Below, piece by piece: positions 42,453-56,290 of a stretch of DNA of 64,000 nucleotides. The notes under the pieces are model-generated. The model was not told the origin of the DNA and did no database searches. It saw nothing but the letters and a program-made list of their open reading frames with translations. Both the position numbers and the translations under genes were made by a program. The stretch comes from Eledone cirrhosa (taxonomy: Eukaryota). The stretch is taken from positions 32,798,001 to 32,862,000 of the forward strand of contig OZ024756.1 in the NCBI GenBank assembly GCA_964016885.1. Reading direction: 5' to 3'. Each line of letters starts with the position of its first letter. Position 1 is the stretch's first letter.

Positions 42453-42561
<109 letters not shown>

Positions 42562-42562
42562 A

Positions 42563-42626
<64 letters not shown>

Positions 42627-43075
42627 TATACCATTAAACATGGCGAGGGAAATAATATTCACGGATCACTATCACTGATAAATATGTAATATACAAATGT
42701 ATGGCCATAATACGATGATGCATGTATATAGTTGAATGATTGCAGGAAAATTAGAAAAATGAAAACATATAACGAGTAGGATTACTGAGTACATGACCGG
42801 ATGTAAAAGTCGCTGTATTGATAGATACATTATTATATTATATAAACACGCAAATACATACGTACACAGACACACACATACACACACACACATATATATA
42901 TAGATTATATAGATATATATATATACATATATGTATATATATATGTATATATATATATATATAAATATATATATATATTTATTAAAATAACAGATTAAAG
43001 TTTAAGCAAAGAATCGCTGCTTTCACCCTTAACGGATCTTCTTTGGATTTTAGTCTTCAAATTTATTATTATTAC

Positions 43076-43138
<63 letters not shown>

Positions 43139-43295
43139 CAATGATATTAAATAAATGGAAACTATATTTATAAAACCATATGTATTCTATTATATATATT
43201 TCAAGGGTAGCAAAAATTTTGGTACCCTTGAAATATATATAATAGAATATAAATATGGTTTTATAAATATAGTTTACATTTATTTAATATCATTG
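43139..43295. repeat. Fold-back inverted repeat in (TA)n with a possible 3' half hammerhead
   Basis: ~70 bp arms; ccctt-GAAA-tatata-TA-ataga next to the fold point. Confidence 0.7.
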
Positions 43296-43705
43296 AATAT
43301 TATACTTCAGAAAACTTGTCGAGTGCTCTGAATCAATTATAAACATTTATATTTGTTAAATTACCAACAAATTGAATATTCCTTCTGCTTATATATATTA
43401 TATATATATGTGTGTGTGAGTGTATATATAAATATTTATATGCAAATGTTATAGACATTTAAATTACCACACGGGGACATTGCGTGAATTTTTAACTGTG
43501 CCAATACTATTCATATATTTAGATTCCATTGCCCATATAAATAAATATTATGGAGAGATGAAGCGTTTCACTCTAGATGTTATCTTTTTTCTCCACTCAA
43601 AACGGCTGAGATATTCTAATGGACTGATATCACTGCTCTCGGCTGAATAATTAAATTGTGTGGTATTTTTATATTGTGTATATCACGCTCATTAATTCAC
43701 TTACT

Positions 43706-43771
<66 letters not shown>

Positions 43772-43791
43772 GTCTGTCTGTCTCTCTCTCT

Positions 43792-43844
<53 letters not shown>

Positions 43845-43993
43845 AATATATATATATATATATATTAGTTTAGCGAGGTTGTTTATATGAAATCGTGTGT
43901 CGAAACAAAAATTGTTATACTTGGGGATGACCCTCCCCAAGTATAACAATATATATATATATATATATATATATTTATGCATATTTACACACT

Positions 43994-44109
<116 letters not shown>

Positions 44110-44178
44110 CAGAAGGAATATTCAATATATGTTATGGAATACTGTTAGCTTCTCGCTACAACAATTTCTATACTTTTC

Positions 44179-44299
<121 letters not shown>

Positions 44300-44336
44300 G
44301 AAAGATTTGAATGGATACAGTTTAGTTGAAAGGAAT

Positions 44337-44453
44337 TTATTGACACGTGTTTCTATAACAGTTACATAACCTAAAACAGCTATCTACAAACTTTTAGTTA
44401 TGCAGACATTCAATATTTCAATGTTATTATTTACTGTCATTTCATCAGAATAA
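44337..44453 (-). ncRNA. Type I hammerhead ribozyme motif (H5, left arm)
   Basis: Reverse complement of 45611-45727. Confidence 0.85.
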
Positions 44454-44973
44454 TATTACTGAGGACCTATTTAGTTTTTATAGAGAATATTAGGAGGGAG
44501 TGGTGAAGTTGTTAGAAGAATAGTTGAAGGAGTGGTTTTTCGATAGCAGTGAGAATTCTTGGTGGCAGTGAGTAATTAGATTCCCATCTGTTGTTTTGAC
44601 ATTTTTTATAGAATATATTATTGGTTATTTCCCACTACAAGCCGAATATTACATAAAAGAGGGACATCCCCCAACTATATAAACCTTAATCTAGTTAGAA
44701 AAATATAAAAACAATCTCTTCTCAACATATATTAATAACCTTAAATTACCATACTAATAATGAAAAGATATGCTGATGAGAATAGGTACAAATATGCGAT
44801 AATGAATGTGTCTAAAAACGTCCATAAGTATGTATATATATGTGAAAATGTATATAAATAAGTAAATATATATATATGTTTGATGTGTATAGTTAGATGT
44901 AAGTGTATTCATGTATTAAAGTGCTTATATATATATATATATGTGTGTGTATATGTATATGTGTGTATATGTG

Positions 44974-45025
<52 letters not shown>

Positions 45026-45610
45026 AGTATATATATATATATATATGTGTATGTATGTATGTGTATATGGATGTGTATGTATGTGTATGTGTGTACACAT
45101 GGACTAGAGTATGTATGTATATATGTGTGTGTCTATACGTGTGTATATATAAAGATAAGTTGAGTATGAAAATGTATACACATGAGCGCGTATGTATGTA
45201 CATGAATACATGTGTGTATATATATGTGTATGCATGTGTATATATATGTAAGTATGAATATGTGAATTGTGAATATATGTATTTTGTAGAGGTGTGCAAA
45301 TATATTTGTGTGTGAATGCGTGGGTGAAAGAATACGTACACTTGAAAGAAAAATTTAAGTCTGAATGTTAAGTGCAAACACAAAACCAACCACGCATATC
45401 TTTACTATCTCTAATCCTTCTATAGATTTAGAAAAATAACCAATAATATATTCTATAAAAAATGTCAAAACAACAGATGGGAATCTAATTACTCACTGCC
45501 ACCAAGAATTCTCACTGCTATCGAAAAACCACTCCTTCAACTATTCTTCTAACAACTTCACCCCTCCCTCCTAATATTCTCTATAAAAACTAAATAGGTC
45601 CTCAGTAATA

Positions 45611-45727
45611 TTATTCTGATGAAATGACAGTAAATAATAACATTGAAATATTGAATGTCTGCATAACTAAAAGTTTGTAGATAGCTGTTTTAGGTTATGT
45701 AACTGTTATAGAAACACGTGTCAATAA
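45611..45727 (+). ncRNA. Type I hammerhead ribozyme motif with ~88 nt stem II (H5)
   Basis: ttatt-CTGATGA-a atgacagt...actgttat a-GAAAC-acgt-GTC-aataa. Confidence 0.85.
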
Positions 45728-46551
45728 ATTCCTTTCAACTAAACTGTATCCATTCAAATCTTTCTATTTTTCTCCGGATTACTTTTGGAACTACAACTGG
45801 AACCGTCGAGCAAACTCTACGTGAGCTGATAATCTACTGTGTGTAATATTTATATTACAACACAACGGAAAATACTGTATATATATGTATATATATATAT
45901 ATCCCTTCGGACAAAACCATGTGTCTGTGGCGACCTTTAAAGTCACAGCATACCCGCTTTGGCTAAGAACGAAAGACTTGCTGAAGAAGTAAATCCTATG
46001 TTCTGTCGTCAAAAACCATTATATTGCAGACTCCTGCAATAGGAATTTGTCGATCATGGATTTGCAGAAACTTAGCGCTGTCGCTGCGTGCGATTTTGCG
46101 ATCAATATTGTGGAAACACCATGTGGATTGTATATTTTACACCCAGCCTCAGCGTTATGTCCAGGTCAGTAAAAAATCTTTACCTGGGTCCTGTATTTTC
46201 GTTGCTCTAGTGGTGCGGTCGGACTGCCGACTGCTATATCTAATTTGCTAAGCTGTCTGAACAGAATGTTATACTCTGGGGTCTTAACTCATATGAGTGC
46301 TAAAGCTACAAACCGAATAAGCATACACGCTTGCTTGGCCGTATACTAGAGCTTCGTCTATGCTGTACTAAAATGTATATATATATCTCAAAATTATTTT
46401 TGAAAAGCATTTAGAAATGCGCAACCGGTAAAAACTTAAAAACTTAAAACCACATCCGAATACTAACCCATACAATCACTAATACTCTTTTAATCCTAAT
46501 TAAACCATTTTTCAACTGTGAACAATTTGTCAGCATTTTCTATTCCGTTTA

Positions 46552-46586
<35 letters not shown>

Positions 46587-46875
46587 CATGCGTTATATCG
46601 AAAATATCAGAATACAACACTACTACAACTATCTGTTTTATTTTCAATTTTATGTATAATTCAAATGAAATTCATTAATTATAGAGCCTGAGGTAACGTG
46701 TGTGTTTTATATGAATGTTTTTTTAAATCTCAGAAATAGTGTAGCGCCACATTGGCTGTTAAACTTACAAATTGTAAGTTAATAGTTTAAAATACTCACT
46801 CATCCACATAAAAATGTCCTTCAACTTAATCGTGTTGAGCTCTGGATTTTTGTGTTTGTTTATCAGTCAGCCATG

Positions 46876-46940
<65 letters not shown>

Positions 46941-47019
46941 ATTTGTGTGTGTGTGTATATATATGTGTGTGTATATATTTATGTGTGTGTGTGTGTATAT
47001 ATACATGTGTGTGTGTGTA

Positions 47020-47122
<103 letters not shown>

Positions 47123-47153
47123 GTCGGTATGTGTATGTATATATATATATATA

Positions 47154-47193
<40 letters not shown>

Positions 47194-47552
47194 CACCCAC
47201 CCACATACGATTAAATCGACAGAGTAAAACGCACGGAAACATACACACACATACACCGCACTCGTCAAACATACACAGACCAAAAAGTCACATATAAATA
47301 TATTGCGTGAACATATATATAAAGAGATAGATAGATATATTCATGTGTGCGTCTGTGTGTATGTTTGTGTTTGTGTATGCTTCTCAAAGTACATGTACAT
47401 TCATCAGTATTTTATATTTTTGGCCATTCTTAAAATAGACATATTGGTATATTTTCGAGTTGCCTTGAACTCCAGTCTCGCTCTTCCCCTTCCTCCTTTC
47501 TGCCTCTCATTCACCCTCTCTTTATTTCTCTTTCCTTCCGTTGCTCTCTCAG

Positions 47553-47641
<89 letters not shown>

Positions 47642-47834
47642 CGATATCGGAGAAAGCTTTTTAGCGATACTCCGGCCAAATTCCAACTCACTCAACAAAC
47701 ATTAGGAAATAAGTGATTATATTCCCAATTATGTGTTCGGGATGATAACTAAAAGTATTGCGTGGAAAATTGGCTGTATTATTTCAAATGAGACATATAT
47801 ATATACATATATATGTATATATATATATACACAC

Positions 47835-48218
47835 TCAACTCTGGATGTCGGTGAGCATATCCAGCTAACCTCAGTCTCCTCCTTGTCACTTTTGAGCTGA
47901 CTTTTGGGAGGCTCCCATACAGCTCTGAGTTTTTCATCCTCAGTGTATACTGATTAATGTTCAGAGCCATCCTCAGGATTCTCGTGTAGCACCCATCCAC
48001 CATCTGAGTGAGTTTCTTGGTCAGTGTCCAAGTTTCAGACCCGTACAGCAGCACAGACTCCACTACATGGACACACTGGAAGAGGAAGACCAACGTATGT
48101 TGATGCCCTAAGGACAGACACTGGCCTGTTGGAGACGCAGGACATGGCAGCGATAATGAGGGACAGACACCGCTGGAGAGAACTCATCCATGGATCTCGG
48201 GAATTTTACCCGCCCTAG
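47835..48218 (+). mobile_element. RTE-clade LINE 3' end with 5' inversion
   Basis: 47835-48067 on minus encodes VESVLLYGSETWTLTK...RLRLAG; 48063-48218 on plus encodes HGHTGRGRP...SREFYPP*. Confidence 0.85.
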
Positions 48219-48301
48219 ATAGATAGATATACACACTCATACATAAGTATCTCTGTCTTCATATCTTTCATACTTTCTTTCTCTGTCCTTCTCTCTCGCT
48301 C

Positions 48302-48331
<30 letters not shown>

Positions 48332-48332
<1 letters not shown>

Positions 48333-48785
48333 AATTAATAAAAACAATGAAATAAAAACAAGAACAAGTGCTTTTATTAAAAAAAATTCATCATTTTACG
48401 ATCGTTTTGGGGATGTATATGTTTGTTGGCATGTATCTTCCTCAGAAAAAATCATTTTTTCTGAGGAAGGCATGTATATGTGAAGGTATGTATATTTCCT
48501 CTCATAATTTGTAATATTTTTACATAGATCTTAAACATGATATACATTCCAACACACATATACATCCCAGAAACGATCGTAAAATGATGAATTTTTTTAA
48601 TATAAGGAACTTGTTCTTTGTTTTTATTTCATTGTTTTTATTAATTTATCTTGACTCTGTTTTCCTATGATTTTTATCGTAAATTTTTGAATACATCTTC
48701 TCTCTTCATGATATCTTCTATATTTGGATTACATTGAGTTCTTTATACGGATTGGACACTACCGTATCTTTTGGTAGATTTATCT
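48332..48785 (+). mobile_element. (TA)n-inserted fold-back element, family H6
   Basis: Inverted arms 48332-48436 / 48540-48648 plus tail. Confidence 0.75.
48451..48588 (+). ncRNA. Type I hammerhead motif with ~100 nt stem II (H6)
   Basis: atcatttttt-CTGAGGA-a ggcatgtatatgtg...cacatatacatcc ca-GAAAC-gatc-GTA-aaatgat. Confidence 0.7.
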
Positions 48786-49112
48786 ACACACACACACATA
48801 TATATATATATATAACCCAATTTGATATACTATTAAAAAAGATTTGAAAGAAAAAGTATTCATTTCAAGACTACGTCATAATATAGAAAATTCAGTTAAT
48901 CTGTGTGAACATTTCTCCGCGCATATATTTCAATATTTACGACAGAAATATAATTCATGATTCAAGCTTCTCCTGTATTTATTAAATATATTTTTTACAT
49001 CTATATTAATTCATATTAATTTTTTTTCCAGAACTGCTGAACGATGCTTCTTTATTCCAATTTGTCTCTGTCTGCATATATGAATATATATATATATACA
49101 TATATATGTGTG

Positions 49113-49186
<74 letters not shown>

Positions 49187-49671
49187 CACACACATATACA
49201 TACTCATAGACACATTCGCACATATATATATATATAGACATGGTTATGTAAATATGTTTTTCATTCTATAAGATTATAGCAAGATGGTTTCAAACATCAC
49301 AGTTCTGTTAGCTTCATCAGTGAGTAATTTTCGTCTCTCGTGAAACTTATCAAATACATATCTTACTGCGAGCAAGAGCATATCTCACAAGCACGCATAT
49401 ATATATATATATATATATACTCCTCAAAACAGCAAAATTAATATGACATTTGGAAAGAACTACAGCAATAACATTTCTAACATTCGATGGGAAATAATAG
49501 TTTTGATAACGTAGATTTAACTTTCGCTGCTGAGACCTGTTGAATTATTAAACATGGCCTCAACCAAAGCGACAGCCATGCTATTATTATGACCGTCTCA
49601 ATTGAAAGAAGCCAAGAAAAGTGTTGAATATGTAAGAGAAATCTGCATGTGAAGAACCAGTTTATAAAAAG

Positions 49672-49719
<48 letters not shown>

Positions 49720-49744
49720 TATGTATATATATACACACACACAA

Positions 49745-49802
<58 letters not shown>

Positions 49803-50107
49803 ACGTGAATTTATGTGTGTGCGTATGGTATAGGAATAGATTTAAATAAATTTCTAGAATGGCAAAAGAATTCTTTTTCTTCAAGTACTCACGATACTTT
49901 TGGAAAAAAAGTGTGTTTAATGTTATTGTCTATTTTATATTCTTTACCGCGTATTGTATTTTGGTCTCGTCCAGTCTTGTCCTTCGGCCGTGTGTCACCT
50001 TGTACAGACATTCAACTTTGGTTGTTAATCAAAATCGGTGGTTTTGCTTTGATTTGTATTTGTAACATCCTGAAGACTGGGATCATACCCATCGTATTCG
50101 AAGAGAT

Positions 50108-50359
50108 CTAGGGTGGGTAATATTCCAGAGATCTATGGACGAGTTCTCACCAGCGGTCTTTGTCCCGCATCATCGACGTTATGGCTTGTGTCTCCAAGGG
50201 ATCTGTGTCTGTTCTTATGGCATCAATATATATCAACATCGGTGGTCGTCTTCTAGTGTGTCCGAGCAGGGGCTCTCACAGGAGCAATGAGTGCAGCGAC
50301 AACTCTGAATGTCGGTGAGCATGTCCAGCTAAACTCAGTCTCCTCTGTGTTACTTTCGA
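50108..50359 (-). mobile_element. RTE-clade LINE 3' end, diverged
   Basis: Reverse complement of the 51940-52187 region. Confidence 0.75.
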
Positions 50360-50808
50360 AGAGATATATGCTGTTAATATTCAGCATATACTGTAGCAAA
50401 TTTTGAACTATATTAAATATATGTCCAGTGAATGAATACCTCTAAATCAAATTGCTGTGTAGGAAGGATTAGGTGGAGTTCATATGTGGACGCAAATGAG
50501 AGATGAGATGTGTGAATCACAAATGATTCATTGCTAGAGTGATGCTATTAGAGAATTCCAACTAGCAGATTCCACTCTAGTAGCAATTAAATATGGTGAA
50601 ATATGACATGACAATCCCCTGTGTTAGTGTCGTAGGTGTCATGGTGGCTGACTCATTGGCAATCATGACGAAGGAGGTGTGGTAAAGTACCAGATGGACC
50701 ATAACGCACCAAAGTACTCAATACTTAGAGTAGAAGAGTGGGTAATAGGAAAATATTTCAACCCGACGGCAGAACTCAAGCTGTTTCGACGGCTATTTCT
50801 GGACATTT

Positions 50809-50860
<52 letters not shown>

Positions 50861-51017
50861 CTATATATATAGTGTTTGGTAAGACAATACAGGAGTAAGC
50901 AGGAGAAAGCTTTCTACATTCGTAGCGTGTAGTTATGATGGAGATTCAGTATAAATATAACAGAGAAAAGTCGTGTGATTACATAAAACGTTATACGTAA
51001 TCGCAGCTTCTATTATT

Positions 51018-51102
<85 letters not shown>

Positions 51103-51196
51103 GAAGTATTCCCGTAAGAAAGGTACAGGAAAAGAGAGTGCTCTATGTAGGCTACATAGCTTATTAGTTATGTAATAAACAACATAAGATAATTAT

Positions 51197-51258
51197 TTCA
51201 TTTACCAGTGGTTTCTTGAATGCAGATATTTATATCTGTCTTCAGTCGTTAGAATGAA
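51197..51258 (-). ncRNA. Hammerhead motif (H2) with G5A core change
   Basis: Minus: ttcatt-CTAACGA-hairpin-GAAAC-cactg-GTA-aatgaa. Confidence 0.65.
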
Positions 51259-51293
51259 TAAACAATTTGATTTTTCTTTTTTCTTTTCTTTTA

Positions 51294-51355
51294 TTCATTC
51301 TGACGACTGAAGGCAGATATAAATATCTGCCTTCAAAAAACCACTGGTAAATGAA
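51294..51355 (+). ncRNA. Hammerhead motif (H2) with G12A core change
   Basis: ttcatt-CTGACGA-c tgaaggcagatat aa atatctgccttca a-AAAAC-cactg-GTA-aatgaa. Confidence 0.65.
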
Positions 51356-51388
51356 ATAATTATCTTCTGCTGTTTATTACATAACTAA

Positions 51389-51453
<65 letters not shown>

Positions 51454-51459
51454 TGTAAT

Positions 51460-52187
51460 TGTTCGTAAATACATCATCATCGACTGTAGACTATTGTATG
51501 CACCTTGTACTGGAGAAACACCAGGACTCTGGCTTTACTGTAGCACCGGCTCAGAGTAGGAGAGTTAAGGCGCTGAATTTGCCGACGACATAGTTTTGGA
51601 AGCCGCTAGAATTGGTTGAGGACTTCCTGTAATTGGGAGCAAAGATTGGGAATATGGAAGATGATGTGGGTGAGAAGAAGACAAAGCCTGGGCGGCGTGC
51701 CACAGCTTGAGATCGGTGTGGAAGTCGGACTTTCGGAAAGCCCTGAAAATCCGCCTCTTCATTGCTGTAGTGGAGTCTGTTCTGCTGTACGGGTCTGAGA
51801 CGTGGACACTGACCAAGAAACTCACTCAGATGGTGGATGGCTGCTACACGAGAATGCTGAGGATGGCTCTGAACATTAATCAGTATACACTGAGGATGAA
51901 AATCTCAGAGCTGTACGGGAACCTCCCAAAAGTCAGCTCAAAAGTGACACAGAGGAGACTGAGGTTAGCTGGACATGCTCACCGACATCCAGATTGACTT
52001 TGCACTCAGTGCTCCTGTGGAACCCCTACATGGACACACTGGAAGAGGAAGACCAAGGTTAACGTATGTTGATGCCCTAAGGACAGACACTGGTCTGTTG
52101 GAGACGCGGGACTTGGCAGCGATAATGAGGGACAGAGACCGCTGGAGAGAACTTGTCCATGGATCTCGGACATTTTACCCGCCCTAG
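51460..52187 (+). pseudogene. RTE-clade LINE reverse transcriptase C-terminal fragment
   Basis: FADD at 51578-51589; KIRLFIAVVESVLLYGSETWTLT, RRLRLAGH, RGRP, DRDRWR; frameshifts and an internal deletion; followed by (atag)n. Confidence 0.9.
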
Positions 52188-52379
52188 ATAGATAGATGTA
52201 TAAAGACACACATACATCCTAGCAATGCAACACCATTTTTAATTTTACGTGATGTTTAAATTTCTTTAGTACATATGAGTGCCCGGTGTATTTTCTGACA
52301 ACTAGTAATATGTGTTCATCAGAGGCGATCGACAGCAATCGGTGGGGGCTAGTAATTAAAGTGTTCTCAACGCATGGAT

Positions 52380-52760
52380 TTGCATGCTGGCATGGTTAGG
52401 AGGCGTAGAAGAGCTATATCTTCTCGATGAACGCAGTGTTTGTTTATTTGTTTTGACATTGAAGGAGAGATACTTCACACAACCTTAAGGAAAAAAGGGT
52501 TTCAAATAATGTGCTTGATTTCAGTGCAGGTTTTTGTGTGAGATGTCTGTCAAGTTTGCAATTGGTTCACGCTTAAGTGCAGCATAACCGCGGGAATGAA
52601 AATGTGTTCAACGAGCATATATAATATTGGTTGTTTCCTGAGGCGAGCATATCGTAGGTCATTGATGCTTGAGAGGAAGAGAGTGTAAGTTCAAATGCTT
52701 GTGTGGTAAGGTAAGTCAGGATTGAAAGGGGACCTCAGCAAAAGCTGTACCAGTAGAGAC
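52380..52760 (-). pseudogene. Highly decayed CR1/jockey-group RT fragment
   Basis: Minus strand AEVPFQS...LFLSSINDL...SFNVKT resembles GVPQGS..LFLLYINDL..FN..K. Confidence 0.4.
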
Positions 52761-53421
52761 AGCGTTGCCACCAGAGACGATAGTGCCCCTTCATGATATA
52801 GAAAATGGACGGCCTCCGTAGGTAGGCAGTATTGGCAGTAGACTAGTGTGACAGGGCAACGAAATCAGTAATGGTGATTAATACAAAAAAAAAAAAAAAG
52901 AAGAGAGAGTGAATGTGAAATTGTCAACTTCTCTCTTCCGCTCTTTCTCATACACATACAGACACACATACACACATACACACACACTTACTCGCACACA
53001 TACACACTCACTCTATATCTCTATTCACAAGATTATTTGTCATGCTGAATCGCTAGAACACGCAACCGGATAATTAAAAGTTTGGAGTTCGTTCCTTCGT
53101 AAAAGCTACTAGGCACTTCATTTCTGTATCAGTAACCTACCCGATTTACTAATGCATCATTTACAGGCAATAGGCTGTGGCTGCAGTTAATGTCTTCATT
53201 TGAGATTCCTAGCCAAAGAATTTCAATTCAAAACAAACACTTCATTATTTCAAATTTAGAACATATACATATTATGTGCTTATTATGTGTAGGCACGTGA
53301 ACATATATATGTCTATACAAGCATATACATGTAAATATATATGTGTATATGGATATATATGTTCATACGTAAATACTAACATACCAACATGCATACCTAA
53401 CTATTAATCTACCAACATAAA

Positions 53422-53523
<102 letters not shown>

Positions 53524-53899
53524 AACATACATATACATATACAAACATAAAATATGCTAGTGTCTATATATGTTAGCATAACATAACTGGTTCTTTGTTA
53601 CGACTATACAACTTTCTTCCTTTAAAATGACATCTGGAATGACTTAGCCGCACTACGCTCCTTTAAACACATATAGAAATGGTTCGCTTAAATAAAGACC
53701 ATCCTTTGGCATCAATTTCACATTTGATTTATATCCTCCTACATAACAGTACTTCCTCCTATACACACCACCAGGGCCACCGTATATAGCTTATATATAT
53801 ATATATATTTATATATGTTCAACCATAAAAAAGTCATTTTTTTTTCAAGGAACTAAAAGCTGTAAAATGAAAGCAAAAATAAAGAAAAAGCGAAAAGAG

Positions 53900-53975
<76 letters not shown>

Positions 53976-54089
53976 GAATGTATACTTGTGTACATGGATA
54001 CATGTATTTCCATGTATATATGTGGATATCTCTCTATATATATTTGTGTATGTATACATGTAGATATATATGTGTATGTGTGTATATAA

Positions 54090-54179
<90 letters not shown>

Positions 54180-54675
54180 GTATATGTATGTGTATATACA
54201 TGTATACACATGTATATACACATACACGCACACGCGTATATCAATGCTTCCTAAATTTATATTTCAGCTATTCCAGTGGTATGTCTATAAAGAGCGGTAT
54301 GTCTAATAGTGTTAGGCGTAGTAATGTTCTTAAAGTGGCCATGTTATCTTTGTATATAACTAACGTCACACTAAATCTAGAAGAAATATATAATATACTA
54401 CCAGAAATACACCACTTTGTCTGGCTTTTCTGCTTGTGTATTATTATATGTATGCTACATATACATACATATCTAAACATGCGTATATATATATGTTTTG
54501 AAATCTCTGGTAACTCCTGTTTTTCTTGTTCTTATCCACAGCATAACCCAGAATTACTTGTCTCCTCTCGAATTTGTTAGCATGATATTTTCACCGCAAC
54601 CGCATTGTAGTGGGTTTCACCTCCCACAATTTTCATATTCCACCATGCTTCAAACAAATTTCAATACTCACTCTC

Positions 54676-54728
<53 letters not shown>

Positions 54729-54956
54729 TAACTAGTCAGGACCCCAACGGCTGAGCTCCGGCCGTTTCGACAGCTAGACCTGTTTCCTTACCAGACTTTC
54801 TTTTTTCATATATATATATTAGCAAGTGTAGCATCAAGAAAAATATAGTCTTCGTCGAGAGGAGAACGTATAATTTATTGGCTGTAACACAAGTTTCTGT
54901 GTTTTTAATAATAGTCTACATATGCTGGCTACAATTATATTGTTCAGACATATGCA

Positions 54957-55090
<134 letters not shown>

Positions 55091-55099
55091 ATATATATT

Positions 55100-55565
<466 letters not shown>

Positions 55566-55653
55566 TCATATATATATATATATTCATATATATATATATT
55601 CATATATATACATATATATATATATATATTTATATATAAATTTATATAATATA

Positions 55654-55684
<31 letters not shown>

Positions 55685-55709
55685 ATATATATATTTATAT
55701 AATATATAC

Positions 55710-55765
<56 letters not shown>

Positions 55766-55962
55766 TACTTCAATAATTACTAAGTGTTTATCGCATTTAA
55801 AAAAATAAATGAACATTACCTGGTCAAGACAGTTATTTGAACTCATAGCTCTGCTGTTGGTTTCCTAACGTGAATCTAATTACATCATACCTGCAAATAC
55901 CTTTGTTTTATATATCTGTGTAATCTGTGAACAAACACACAGAGAGTGTGTTAATACCATCA

Positions 55963-56290
55963 TCACCAGGTCGAGCTTGCTCGGCTTTCTACGACATGTT
56001 TCCTCCATCTATCTCTGTCTCTCATAGCGTTTGCCAGTTCTTCCGCAGTGCATCCAGTATCGTCCTCAAGTTGCTTGACGTATGTCTTCTTGGGACGACC
56101 AACGTTTCTTGCTTCATGAGATGGACTCCATAGCAACCTGCTATTTCTTCCTTGCTGCGCCAACAGTGGCCAGCAAATCTGAGTCTCTGTCCACTATTGA
56201 CCTGCTTCATAGGTGGTATATTGCCATAGAGATCCTTATTTGTTGAGTGTTCCCTCCAAGACACGTTTAAAGCAGCGCGGAGCATACGTG
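55963..56290 (-). pseudogene. RTE-clade LINE 3' fragment, second subfamily
   Basis: MLRAALNVSWREH..NKDLYG..RLRFAGHCWR and GRPKKTY..MRDRDRWR. Confidence 0.85.
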
